Shown: positions 47,801 through 62,800 of the stretch, piece after piece
Layout of the letters: the number at the start of each line of letters is the position of its first letter
Numbering within the stretch: the first letter of the stretch is position 1
Source: Asterias rubens
Taxonomy: Eukaryota
Length of the DNA stretch: 64,000 nt
Direction of reading: 5' to 3'
Assembly: GCF_902459465.1 (NCBI RefSeq)
Contig: NC_047070.1
Location: 620,001 to 684,000 of the forward strand
Notes under the pieces: generated by a model
Seen by the model: only the letters and a program-made list of their open reading frames with translations
Told to the model about the DNA's origin: nothing
Databases searched by the model: none
Made by a program: the position numbers and the translations under genes

Positions 47801-50800
47801 TAACCTAAAGGTTCAGTCTGCTGATAAACCACTTTCTAAATGGTACAGACAAGCAAAATACATTTTCACACAGGGGAGAAGGGATACAAAATTACAAATA
47901 TATACACAGTTAAAAAGTTTGAGTTGTTTGGGTTGAATCAAGGAGGAACCTGTTGACATACATGAACGGAAAAATAGGAGAAACTAGTTAATGGCCTGGG
48001 GTTTTGACCCTAGCAGAGTCTTTCTCTTCAGCCCTTGAGGAAGATTATTGGAAGGGGATAAGTAAAAAGCAAAAAGCAATAAATAATCACGACAGGAAGT
48101 ATAACAGAAACAAATACATCATAACAACTTGGAACATTACACAGAAAACACCAATTACATTAAAAACAAATTAATAATAAATTCATTCAAATTTCATGGT
48201 TATGACGATACAGAAATTAATTGTCTCCAATTAGAGCCAAACAAGAAGAGAAGATGATAAAGAAATTTCAGTTTTAGATGTGGGAGGAAAACCCCAGAGA
48301 ATTATTCCAGGGAAAACCCATACAGTAAAAAAACTGAAAACCACAAAGTGCCCCCTCTGGTGTGATTTGAACCGGGGTCCCAGAGGTGGAAGGTGAGGCA
48401 AGACACCACTACACCAACCTGACAGGAAGGAAGAGGATGGATAGTCAATAAACAATCTTACATTGGATCACAGTTGATGAGCACCCATCCTCCGATGTAG
48501 TGTTTAACCTCATGTTTAGGTACAAGTAGTTTAAGACAATGCTGAGTCAGCTGAGCGATATTCTCCTCCTTGACGTTACTCCAGACCTCTTCAGCTGCCT
48601 CCTCATTCCCATCAGTCTCTGTGATGACAGAGAGGTCTTCAAGGACTGCCTCGTTACCTAGCATCACATCTAAGAAAGTCAAACCAGAAGGAGATTATGG
48701 CGGGAACTCTTATGTACAATACAATTCAAATCAATAGAACATTTATTTCCACATGTGTACATAGAGACATCATCCTAACAGCCGAGGCTTGTGATGGATG
48801 TGCCCGTTAAAACAATACAAGACAAATCAGGATAATGATAATAACAATAATAATTGTGGCTTCTTATAAAGCGCACATGTCCGTCACCCAGTGACGCTCC
48901 TGGCGCTGTAACATACAGTATTTCCTGCCAGATGTGGGACTACGTTTGAATTATGAGACCTAATTCTGATAGCACCATGTAATGCTTTACAAGATGCTGT
49001 GGCGCAATTTGCTGTCGATCGGATAAACAACACTAAATTGTAGAACAAGGAAATAATAACTGTTGCAGTAAATAACTATACAAAAGTCAAACAAAGTAGA
49101 TGATACAAACAATACAATTAGAGATGACAATTAGGTACATGTGTCAGGTTAATAAAAGCAGGAAACCATATAACAGAAAAGTAAAATAAATACATAACAG
49201 CTCATTGTTTAAAACATCTGACCATCAGTGAAATAATGTCGTGAGTCACCTCTTTATAATAATAAAGAAATTGATAAAGTTCAGTGTGGTCAAGAATAAC
49301 AATAATAATAACAATAATTTAATTTATAATGCACCAATTCTCGACAACGCTGTTCAAAGGTGTATGAAAAAAAGTGTATTACACATTAGAACAAAAAACA
49401 CAGTACAAGGATTTTTACTGAAGCTATGAAGTAGCACTAGAAATATACATTTCAATGTTATATAATTCTGAGAACAACCAAGAAAATTAGAAATAGAGAT
49501 TAAAAGCTCTAAGTGAGGCAGGCAACATGTACATGAATTTAAACATTAAACGAAAAACTATTAGTTAAAAGGGTACATGTACACAAACTCTCACCTATTG
49601 TGACCTGTTTATACGCGTCCTTAAACTGATTCTGTAAGTAGCGGTTAGCTGAATGGTAACCATCCTTCATCATTCCGCTAAACTTCCTCTCTCCAGTGCG
49701 GGTAAAATCTCCCTTTAATGCAGCCGTACCAGCGTACTGTCGGCTGATGATGTCACCATTACTGGCCCATGTCTCCTGGTATATGATGCGTATACTTGGT
49801 GGTAGGTGCTGATCGGGTAGTAGAATGCCTAGCTTACGAAGCTGTCAAATAGAAACAAAGACCAGCAATTGATATCTCATGGTTTTGGTTACTGTGGAAT
49901 GTTGTGCTTAAGCAGGTCTATGAATATGGGCCCTGTATGCCACTTCCCAGGGCCGAGTCAGTTTCATATAGCTGCTGAAACACACAGCTAAGCACAACAA
50001 AATAATGCTTTCCAGAATAAGGTTACCAGCCAAACAACCATGTCACTTGTATTTGTGATTGGTATCCTGCTCATTTCTGCTAAGCAGATAATTGTTTAGC
50101 AATATTTTCTGTTGACGCAGCTCTAGGAAATTCGACCAAGTGTATCAAAAACTTGTGTGTAATCACTGGCGGGTTATGGCAGTTTCAGGTGTATAAAATA
50201 ATTTTTGACTAGGGAGACCGTCATTTGAAATAGGGAGGCCGTCATCATATTTATGTAGATTAAGTCTTTTGGTAGAGCACTAGCGTACTAATCTGGAGGT
50301 CATGGTTCTATTCGAGTTAATGTGTCAATATTCACCGCCAAATTCAATTGTTTGTTAACGGTCTTCTCCTTAATGCCATACCTGCATACTTAAGACAGCT
50401 CTAGCTAAAGCTGTTTGAACGACGTTTGTTCTGTCAAGGCAGTCCATGCAGTTTACTCTGAAGACACTACGCTGTTCAAGTATCACTCCTTCTCGATCAA
50501 TCCTAAAGTACAAATAAGAAAGAAGAAATTTTTATGCTTTTTAAACATGTCAAGCTTCAGCATTCTCCCTGCCCATTAACTTGTGACTTGCTTCTTCTAG
50601 TGGGAGTTTGTCTGGTTTAGGACAACAGTGAAAGCTGCTCACGAACCATGTCTCAGAGAAAGAACTCACTTTACGGCAAAAAAAAATGATGTTTAAAAAC
50701 AGATGCTGCACTTTTACAAGAAGAGTGACCTTGTATTTCTATTTTTATAAATTTTTCTATAGCCCATTTCACAATAACTGTATCAATGTGCTTTACATTA

Positions 50801-53800
50801 GTGCCCTGGTCATTGGGCCATTAACATCCCTTTAATCTTTCTCAGCTCCCATTAGGGAGTATACAGCCCCGAGCTGCCGTGTCGCTCCGAAGGCTTGTCA
50901 TACACAATATCAACCTCTATACCCTCGCAGGTACCCATTTATACTCCTGGGTGAAGAGAAGCAATTATAGTAACGTACATGTATCTTGCTACACAAGTGT
51001 AATGACCAGGATTCAAACTCACAATCCGGTGACTTAACCACCAGAACTTGAATTTGATGCTCTTAACCACTTCGCCATGACACTCTACCATGTTTAATAG
51101 TACTCAATGAAAACCTGTTCAGCAACTTAACAAGGATTAAGGTACGGTGCCTTAAACAGTGGACACTTGTACATGGTGCTAGTTATATAGGTTGTGTTGA
51201 TAGGATTTTCTGTAAACAACTACAAAAGTGTTGATATCTTACCAGCAGAACCGCATATCTTTAATCACATCACGTATGCTATCAACGAGGACCGACACAT
51301 TCTCAAACTTCAAGCCCCGACTGTATGGAAAATCAATATCATCCAACGAGTTAGACATTAATGCATCACACAATTATCACAATATCATTGATCCAGGGAC
51401 CATGATCAAAATTTGTTGTTTTATACAAATACATGAAGGGGAAACAAGAACCTAATGGCACGTAAAGCCTACTTCACACAAGGAAATTTACAGGTAACTA
51501 GTTCCAGGCAATCTCGGATTCAGTTTTTCACATACTTCCTCTTAGGGTAAGTAATACACCATTAGATAAGTATGTCTCATGCAACTGAAGTGTTCTATTT
51601 GTTTACAGTGCAAGTTGCCTCTAGGCTGCCGCTCAAAAAACTGCCTACATGTGTACAAGGCTCTGATCAATTATAGACCTTTCAAACCGCGCTGTTGGCA
51701 TGCACAGCAAAATGTTAGCAAAACATTCAATTGTGTTAACAGATGTTGTGACTTGATTCAACATTTCTGAAATTTTCAATTACCGGTATATATATATAAT
51801 AATTTGGGGGGGCTAATCATCCTTACTCGCAACTGAGAGCTTAATTGCGAAGGACGCGGCTACGTGTTCGAGAAGCAGGCATGCAAGGGTGCCTTTGGCA
51901 CAACCAAATATCGAAAGTGTTTGATTTTTCCGAGGGAGGAAAACCGGATTGTCTGGAAAACCCTTGTGGCACAGCAGAGACCCAACCTACAACTCAACTC
52001 ACATATGGCCCGGGCCGGGTATCAAACCGGGGTCACCTTGGTGAGAGGCGAGTGCTTTATGCACAAGCCAACCATGCCACCAATTAGAAAGAACCAACCA
52101 ATTAGAAAGAACCCTACATCCCATAATTGGTTGCATTGTATCCACAAACCCAGCATGATTTTGTAATATTATGTAACATTTTCACTTTATCTATCTGTTT
52201 TTGTTTTGCATTTATGGCTTCTCATATAGTTTTCAAAACTAGGTCGGCAAAACCTTGGGCTCTGACAATGTAATAGAAATGCCTACATAGGATACTTGAA
52301 ATGGGTTTTACTACTCCTCAAATGACCAAGTGTAAATACAAATGACTTCAGTCATGTTTACTCATGTGGAACACTCTCCTCCATCAACATATGTCATAAA
52401 AACTCTTGCGTCAATAACTTAACAATGATCCTGGTGATAAAATGATAAAACTACTTCTTTCTATGACTTTGTTCAGATCACTTTACGAGAAATGAACCCA
52501 CAGGACAGAAAGGAGAATATGTTTAATCATAATTTGCAGACAAATGTTAAGAACGGCTACAATATTTGCTATGCAAATATAAGACTGTGTATCTCGCTGT
52601 AAATTTAAAACCCAAGTTACAGTTGGTTGATGAAAAAAAATCTGAAATGATACAATGTTGAACACTATGCTTTTTTAAACAAGAGTAAATCCATTTGAAT
52701 CCTCCAGTTGTATTAACATTAACTTTAGGAGTGGTTACCAAAAATATACCTTCCCTTAAAGCTGTTGGTGAGTGGGAAAAGCCCCAACAGCCCAGTTCTA
52801 ATGGTTTCCAAAAATATACCTTCCCTTAAAGCTGTTGGTGAGTGGGAAAAGCCCCAACAGCCCAGTTCTAATGGTTTCCAAAAATATACCTTCCATTAAA
52901 GCTGTTGGTGAGTGGGAAAAGCCCCAACAGCCCAGTTCTAATGGTTTCCAAATATATACCTTCCCTTAAAGCTGTTGGTGAGTGGGAAAAGCCCCAACAG
53001 CCCAGTTCTAATGGTTTCCAAAAATATACCTTCCCTTAAAGCTGTTGGTGAGTGGGAAAAGCCCCAACAGCCCAGTTCTAATGGTTTCCATTAAGTTTTA
53101 AACCACCAACATGACCAACCCTATCACCATGGTAATAAATTGCAAGAGGGGGAAACAAACAGTGTACGGTGAAATAAAATGTAAAAAGGTTTTATATTTC
53201 ATAAACATATGCTCAAAATGGTACACAGCTATTAAATATCCCTGTACACAAACATGGATAGGGAGCCTGGTTCCCACTGCTCTATTACATGGGTCATATT
53301 TCAGAGCGGGATACCATTCAACAACGGTTCTTCAACCTGATTCCTCTATCATGTCTGTATTGAATGTACACACAGATGTAATAGTGCAACAGGTGGATGG
53401 AGATTTATCCTAGCTAGGGTGAGGTGAGGGGGGAGGTGTCTCTTATCTAGAGATTCATTTTAGTTTTGTGGGAATGCATGCAGATTATGCCCCTTCCCAC
53501 TAGACCTGCACCTGGATCCACCTCTCTGCAAATATGTTTGACTCAAATCATGGACAGAATAGAGAGTACAGATTTAACCCTGGACAATTTAGAATTTACA
53601 CATTTTGAAGGTTTTTTTTCTTCTTTTTGTTCTCCCTTCACACAAAAATGGATTGTTTGCATAAATATTTATGAATCAACTACATTGTGTATTACACAGG
53701 TGGTTTTATACAGGGTGAGAAATGATGTAGAACCTATCATTAGAGCCATGCACAAAATGTGTAGAATCACACGTAGATGAACTTATTTACAACTTGTGTC

Positions 53801-56800
53801 TAAAAATGGATGAAATGCTAGATATAAAACCACTCACCAGTAATCGTGAAAATCAAATGTGACATATGTGATCAATGGGTTGTCCAGCAGTAACACCTAC
53901 CAATCAATGAGAAATCACCAAATTACCAAATTACAATAGAAAGAAAAACAAGAAATGATGGAAAGTGTGAATCATGCTTAACTAAGGATGCAAATGCTGG
54001 GAACTTCAACTATTCGTTCCATTCACAGTTTGTTCAGTTTTGCAGATGTGCAAAAAAAGAGGAAATGGCCAACACACCAAACTTAGTAGTACTTTTCAGT
54101 TTCATAAGGCACTATTATCAAAGAAAATAACAGACATACATGTAAGTTCACTTAAGGCAGGGTATACCTTTGGAAAGTTTTCCAAAATCAATGACCATAA
54201 AAAACTTCCTAAGAGCACTGGGGAGCTGTTGAAACTATGAAAACAATGTTAGAAATGACCCCCCTTGGAAATCAAGACGTTTTAAAGGGGAAAGAGGTAG
54301 TTTTCCAGCCCAAAATTTTAATCTGAGACTGAAGCCTTTCTCAGGTACATGTATCTGAAAACACAATCTACAACAAGGGTGATTTATTGCTCTTTCATTA
54401 TTTTCTTTGAGTTCAAATTACCGTTTGAGCCCAAATGTTCACAGGCTTGTTATTTTATGCATACATGTTGGATATATCAGGTGAGGCTAAGAGATCTTTG
54501 ACAATTACCTAAAGTATGCACTGCCTCAAATGAAAAACTGCATTTTCACAGGATTGAATGATTTTATGCATACAAAAAAGTTGTCAAACTGACCTGCTTC
54601 ATGAAGGCTTGACCTATAATGTCTTCTCGTCCCACTTGTTCCACTAGATTGAGGATTACAACCCGTCTATAGAGAGTGGTCTGCTCATCGAAGTGGGCCT
54701 CACATGAGGGTCGAGTTTCCTCCTCTCCTGCAATTAATAAATTACAATGAAAGAGAAGAATAAGATGTTGTGAAAGCACACAGGGTAACAAGAGGAAAAG
54801 GTGGAGAGATGAGCTGAGACAATATTGGGTGACAGGCAATTGGTATCAACAAGCACAAAATAGAGACATTTGGATACATCATGCCGAGGCCTTCATCCTG
54901 CAGTGGATCGAAAAGGTCTCACAAATAAAACACAAAAATCAGTACACAGTGAAAATAGTCTCACAGTTTTTTATGAAATTGAGTCTTTCAGTGTGATTGT
55001 TGGTCGTTGTTCGAATTGAGTAATTGACCACATACGAGTATCATACACATACGAGTAGTTATATAATAAGCATGATATTTGGTCTGGGAAAAAAAGTAGA
55101 ACAATTTTATTGAGAATGAGAGCTGAACTAATTGTAATATCGGAAAAGATTGTACTGAGTCTGACTAGTAAATAAAAGAGTCTGCTGATATATCTGAAGG
55201 TATACAATATCAGAAAAAAGATCGAAGTAGGAAAAATATCATTTTTAGTTCTTTGTGAAACCGAGCCCCTTAAACCGAGATGAAATGATGAAAATAACGG
55301 AGTATTACCCTTCTCAAGTCTCGGTGGAGGTTTATATTTGATACCCGGCTGCGTGAAGAAGACTGGCATTGAGCCTCGCACCTGGACAAATGAGACGGTG
55401 TGTTCCGATGTCTGGATAATCTGCTCGGTCTCGACATAATTAGCACAGGCTCCTGTTTCATCAATACCTCGACGTCTATAACGTGTCCCTAGGTGCCAAG
55501 AAACAATTTTTTTTTTAAATTGAATGGTACATTCAATAAACATGCTTTAAAAATGTGAAAATTTCATGAAGTGAGGCAGTCATGTTTTTGACATAATTAG
55601 CACAGGCTCCTGTTTCAGCAGCTCTTCTATGAAACTCAGCTGAGAAAAGATTGCCACAGATTATGATGTACATGTCTGAAAAACCAAAAATTAAATTGAA
55701 ACTCCCGCCCTTGATGACCTACCTGCTCGGTGCTTGCTTCTTCTTGAGATTACAATTAACTTGAACTCTGAGAGTTCATCCGGGGTCCAGCTAGAGTTGA
55801 CTCCATTCTCCTCATCCTCCTCGCTGATCATTTTACAATCCTGGATGTTGACGTACCCTTGAATTATTGGCACTGCCCAGTAATTGGATAGCTCCTTGTC
55901 CTACAGTCAGGGAAAAATCAGACGGAATTCTTCATTCCAATTATAATTCCAAGAACAAAATGATAAGACAACTCCCACAAAAAGTAACTACTTTTAATAA
56001 GCTCCTTCTTCTGTCAAAAAGAAGCCTAACATTATTATAACACAAAGTAGTACTGTAAATGCAAGGCCATGTAGAACTAATAAACTCGTTCATGTTCCAT
56101 AAAAGACCACTAAGTAGGCCCAATATTACTGAAATTAAATGAGTGCTTAGTAAGTTCTGACAGGCTTATGACACTGGCAAGACCCAATTTTAAGGAGCTG
56201 CTTAAAGGAACACATTGCCTTGGATCGGTCGAATTGGTCTTTGAAAAGCATTTGTAACCGTTTGTTATAAAATGCACTTGGGTAGAAAGATGTTGTAAAA
56301 GTAGAATACAATGATCCACACAAACATGCTTCAAAATTGCACAGGTTTCCTTTTACCTCGTCGACTAACACGGTCGGCCATTTATGGGAGTAAAATCCCA
56401 TTTATGGGAGTCAAATTTTTGACTTTATGGGAGTCAAATTTATGGCCGACCGTGTTAGTCGACGAGGTAAAAGGAAAACCACGCAATTTCGAGTGATACT
56501 TGTGTGGATCATTATATTCTACTTTTAAAATATCTTTCTAATCATATGCATTTTATAACAAATGAATACAAACGCTTTTCAAAACCAACTCGACCGATCC
56601 AAGGCAACTTGTTCCTTTAAAGCCATTAGACCCTTTCGGTAAACAGTATTGTCCAAGTCCCACACTTCGTGTATCACAACTTATATATAAAATAACAATC
56701 CTGTGGAAATTTAGGCTCAATCGGACATCGGAGTCGGGAGAAAATAACGGGAAAACCCACTCCTGTTTTCGCGCGTTTCGCCGTGTCATGACATGTGTTT

Positions 56801-59800
56801 ATAACAAATCCGTAATTCTCATTAACGAGAATTTATATTGTTTTACCGTTTTCTCAAAAAGTAAAGCATTTCATGGACTAATATTTCAAGAGAAGTCTTT
56901 CACCATTACCTTCTGTAAACCCTGTAAATTATTTGTAAATCTGTGAACTTTTTTTTTTTTTTCTGTACCGAAAGGGTCCAATGGCTTTAAGCAGACAATA
57001 TTGCTTTACATTTCCTGCTTTGGAGAAATTAATTAGATAGCAGTAACAAATCATACATGTGAAGATGACTAGAGCAAGCTAGTCGAAACGTTGAGACCAA
57101 GTCAAGAACTGACTCTGCGGTAGTGCAGTTATTTACGATCCTATAAGCTGAAGTAGCAGTGCCAGCCAATTTTCTATACCCTCTGCCCGGGTAGTAGTAG
57201 TTAAAAAGCAGGACAGTTCTTTTCAGAACTGAGAAGTCTCCCGAACAATCTGATAAGTCTACTTCACAGTAGTAGAATAAAGAAAGACAGTTCTTTAAGA
57301 ACACTCTCTACATGGCAAGTACATACACACATGGTGTTACCGCAAACCAAATATTTATTGATATCTCACCATGCAATGCCTCAAATCATACATGTAACAA
57401 AGTATTTTAGCTGTTAACCTTATTCTGGTAAACATTTGTTGTGCTTAACTACTTTTGTGCTTAAGCAGGTCACAATACACACCATGAAACAGTAAGGACA
57501 AGGCTGATATGTATTCAACAAATTCACATTCAACTCTGGTCACATCACCAGAAGTTATTTATTTATACACCAATGCAAATAATGTGCCGGCAAAAATTAT
57601 GGATCGCTAAACGATGAGTAAATTTGTCAGGGCAAATCTTCTGACAGTGTTTAGTCGCAGAGACAGAATTCTGAGTTAGCTAAATGGCTAGAAATTTGAC
57701 ATTTGTTGAGCTCCTGGAAAACAGTACTCCTACAGTCACCAATTTAACCGAGCAAAACAAATGTCAAGATTCCCCCATCTAGAAAAAAATCTATACAATT
57801 TGAAATTTGTTGATTTCTAGGAAAACAAAACTCGTAGAGTGGTCAATTCAACCGGACGTAACAAATGTAAGATTCCCCAATCAGGAAAACAATCTATTCA
57901 ATTTGATTTTTGTTGAGTGCATGAACCAGCTGACTCTCGGAAGTAAAACCCTTCATTCTAAAAGCCATCGCCCTTTGCAAAGGTCAAAATTTCAATCTGA
58001 TTATAAGGTCCATGTGATGCGCTATTTGCATCACAGATTGGTCATTACTACTGAGGTAGCTTTGTGCGTATGTAAAACTAGTCACTTGCTAACCTTTAAT
58101 CCAATTTCCAAGTAACTTGGTCGACGAGATGAGTGAGATGTTACTTATTAGGGAAAGAAGGGGGGGGGGCAGCAGTTTTGATCATGGAGGTAGAAATGAA
58201 GTAAATATAGGTCACATCTTTCATTCATGTACATGCATGGCTAAGGGTGATGAAGGAATTTAAAGAGATGCAGAGTTGAAAGATACTGGCTACAAAATCT
58301 ACTCATGTTATGAGCATGCTTAAGTTACATAATGTTACCATCACCTTGCTCATTTTATACTTGGTGTTTACTGCATTTTTGTTTTTTTTCTCAAAGTAAA
58401 TGATGAATTTTGGCTGAGCTTTGCATTTCTCTTAAAAGGCGAAAATCACAGAGCAATGTTTTCAGGAGAAACGCGTAAATCCGTTGTACACGCTAAAATA
58501 ATTTTTGTCTCACTAAGACGAAAATTGTTTTGTGAAATTTACTTACTAATTTCTAAAGCACCTCGACAAGTAATATTTTAAGGGAAGCTTTCTAACATCA
58601 TTATCTTTAAACCGTGTAAGTTTAGTGTAAATCTGTGGACGCTTGTGTTTTGTGTCAGACAAAGTACCCATACCCTTTAAAGCAAATCCAGAGGAAAGTT
58701 TTCTGCTCGATGCACAAAAACAAGGGTCTTAGAATGGGACTTATCCGTCTCAGTCTCAATTACACATAGCATTGATTTGAAGAGAACAAAAACAAGAGGT
58801 GACTGCACCATGAGAAGGTCTCTATAAACCTTTATCACTTTCTTACCTTGCATGAACAGATGTCTTGAAGCATGTACTGATTCCAAAAGAATCTTTCATC
58901 CCAGTCATGTCCCCCGTCTCCTGCATTCTGTCGCTGTAGGGTATTAGTTAAGTCCCCTGTTCTGGTGTAATAGAACCAATCTACAAAAGAGAGATAACAA
59001 AAATAAAGAAGAAAATCACTTTAAAAGCCATTGATGGTTTTTGTGTACTGCACACACTGAGCTATCCTATTGAATATCTGATGGTTTTTCCATGATTGAG
59101 TCAAAATTTCTGAAAAACTTGTTAGTTTTGTTAACAGTAATTGCTGAAAAGGGCAGAATTACAAATGTAACTATTAATTTTGTTTTTTCTTTGTAATGCA
59201 TAATGTACAGTACCAGTGTACTGGCCAGATAATTGGTTTATTAAATGAAGCAGTTTTTTTAAATTAAAATGGCAACCATATGAGAAAAATTTAAAATTTC
59301 ATCAGAAGACAGGGTGAATGGTCAGGGTCAGCGAGGCGACTGCCTCCAATTCAAATGCATCCGTGAAGTACCAGGTCCTCATGCTCTGTATGAGGTAAAG
59401 CAATATTACTCAATCAATATTTTGCTTTGTAGCGATAACATCTCACCATCACCCAGCATTTCCCTAGAGGTTGACATAGTCCTGGGAGGGAAAAGGTGTT
59501 TTTCTTGCTTGATTAATTATCGCATCCTTAAACAACCTCGTCAGCTTCCTAATGTTTCCTTTTGTACAGTCAACTCCGCAGGGGACGCTGTGATTTCTAT
59601 TTTCCTAACATGGTTTATTGCAGTGCTAAACTGCACTATGTACATGTAGGATGATATTAAATGTGTGAACATATTGAAGGAACTTGAACTTTACATCTAT
59701 GGTTAATAAGCAATTAGCAGTAGATGCTCCTGTACAGCTTTGTGTAGAGCTTAATTGAGAGAGTCTCTTTGGAAACAAGGTGTGTCATTTAAAGATCTAG

Positions 59801-62800
59801 ACAATACGAACCCCTATTAATAAACTATGGTAAAACTTTTATTTATTTATTTATTTTATGTAAAGGCCGAAATGAATTTCTCATCGGGGATAATAAAGTG
59901 AACTGGATTGAATTGAATTAAACAGCAAGAAAGCTTTAGAAGATACCTTAATCTTATCAGAGTTTTCTAGTATAATTGGCTTGAGCATTTATGACCCTGT
60001 TTTGCTTCTCAATCATTTCCTTATTTTATGAGAAAGAAAAACACATTTTGAAATATGTAGAAATTGCCTCCTGAATTGTACTCAGGTGTAATCTTAGAGA
60101 AATTGAAACAATATTGTTCAAAAGAGAGCTCTAGAACAATTTGACTTTCATAACTGAAAGTGGCAAAGCTTCAGAAGAATTTACTTTGCTTTTGCAATTT
60201 GTATGAACCAGGGCCCAATTTCATAGAGCTGCTCAAGCAAAAATTTGCTTAAGCACGAAAATAGCTCGCTTATTTTATACATGTTACTCGCCAAAATGTC
60301 ATGCCAGTTACATGTACATTGCTTGTGGCTGGTATTTAGCTGTTGTTTACTTATCATAACAATTGAGTGGAGTCTTGGTCGGTAATCTGATTTTACTACA
60401 TGTAAGCAAGGATTTTTTTGCTTAAGCAAAATTTTGTGCTGAAGCAGCTCTATGAAATTTGGCCCTGGCTTTAGAAATTTAACAACAGATGGGTTACACA
60501 AACAGACAGATTCACATTTTGTGTGTGTACAATGTACAAGATAACAGGGACCAAAGTCGGCACTAGAGTAGCCGAAAAAATCAAGTTTTTCACATGAAAA
60601 CAAGGAAATTGTGTTAAAGTGCATGTACGCACTTTACATGTTACTAAGTATTGTTCGCTCATGCAGACAGTACAGAAATGTTGCGCTTAACGGAGAACGC
60701 AGACTGTAAGCACAGAATTCCTCAGTAAGCCGTACTGTAAAATTGGCCCTTAAAGGCAGTGGACACTATTGGTAATTACTCAAAATAACTATTAGCATAA
60801 AACCTTACTTGGTAACAAGTAATGGGGAGAGGTTGGTAGTATAAAACATTGTGAGAAACGGCTCCCTTTGAAGTGGAGTAATTTTCAAGAAAGAAGTAAT
60901 TTTCCACGAATTTGATTTCGAGACCTCAAGTTTAGAATTTGAGGTCTCGAAAACAAGCATCTGAAAGCACACAACTTGGTGTGACAAGGGTGTTTTTTTC
61001 TTTCATAGTTATCTCGCAACTCCGACAACCAATCAAGGTCAAATTTTTACAGGTTTGTTATTTTATGCATATGTTGAGATACAGCAAGTGAGAAGACTGG
61101 TCTTTGACACTTACCAATAGTGTCCACTGGCTTTAAAGGCAGTGGACACTATTGGTAATTGTCAAAGACTAGCCTTCACAGTTGGTGTATCTCAACATGC
61201 ATAACATAATTAACCTTTGAAAATTTGAGCTCAATCGATCATCAACGGCGCGAGATAATAATGAAGAAGAAAACACCCTTGTCACACGAAGTTGTTGCGT
61301 TTAGATAGTTGATTTCGAGACTTCAAGTTCTAAGTCTGAGGTCTCGAAATCAAATTCATGGAAAATTACTTCTTTCTCGAAAACTATGGCACTTCAGAGG
61401 GAGCCGTTTCTCACAATGTTTTATACTATCAACCTCTCCCCCATTACTCGTCACCAAGAGAGGTTTTATGCTAAAAAAATTATTTTGAGTAATTACCAAT
61501 AGTGTCCACTGCCTTTAATGCCAGATTACTGGCACTGGAATCAAACATTTCAAGTTCTAAACCAACACTGCTAAATTTTCCCGTTCAATAATTGATTCAT
61601 TATGTATTCATACAGTCAATTTGCTTTCTGGTTTCAAATAACCAAATACAAGACTGATTGATAAACACACACTAGATCTTGCCACTCGTCTTAACACTTG
61701 CGAATTATTAATGATTCTTTAATCATCTTCAAGCACTGTTATTCCAACAGCTTTCAATTTGAGCATAAAAGCGCATACACTTTCATTTATATCATATGCT
61801 GCACGTATACCATTCTTTTTTTATCTCTGAAAAATGAGTATGACAAATAGCCGGGAGCAAGAAACCAGACCCACCTGAATCTGTGAACATCTTCCGTAGC
61901 TCCTCCATGATTCGCTTCTCATGTTTTTCTCTTTCCTTCACCTCCTTCTGTGAGACAAGAAGAAAAAGGGAAGAAGCTCAGTGAGACATTTTGCACACAG
62001 GGGAGGTTTCGATGGTTGCTCATCTCAATGTTGTATTTTAAGAGCAAGATCGTTAATTATTTTATTATGTAAAGAGTGACTGAATAATTACTAATGACAG
62101 ATCTTTGACAAGGTTGACATAGCATAAATGTGATGGATCAAGCAAAGAGAGTCATTTATCGACCTAGGTCATTTTAATTTTGTTTTGAAAAAAGCATTAT
62201 CTATGTTTAAAAACCGTAAAACCCAATGTTGATATCGCCTTTGGTTAACAACTAGAAACACAAAGAGATGAGAGAGAATAAATCTGAGAAAAAAAGGGTT
62301 AAAGTCGAGTTGTTTATTGAACATGCATCGGCAGTACGGCACATTTTCTTTCATCATAATTTTAACCTCTTGTTGATGTTATTTATCAGGAAGGAAGTTG
62401 CTAAAAAAAAGGGAAAATAAACATATTTTAGCATTTTAGTGAAAATTTCACCCTTGTTAAACTGTTTTGTCTCGTTTTAACTTTATCTCATCACAATGGC
62501 TTTTTTGAGTGATATCTTTCACAATGACTTTCACTTCTGTGGACCGTACTTTGAACCAGGGTATTATTTACTGCTCGGCCTAGCCCTATATAGGACTCTT
62601 TCTCTGTACACAGGAACAGAGTCCTAACTATTGAGGCCCGTTTCTAGGGCGGAAAAATTTCACAGCTTCATAACTTAAATCTTACCTGCAACAAGCCACT
62701 AATTTCCACAGATTCACATTCCATGGCGGCATACATTTTTCTGCGGTGGGTTTTGGTCCTCATATTTTCCTCACAAATCCGTGATTTTTGTGAAATAATG

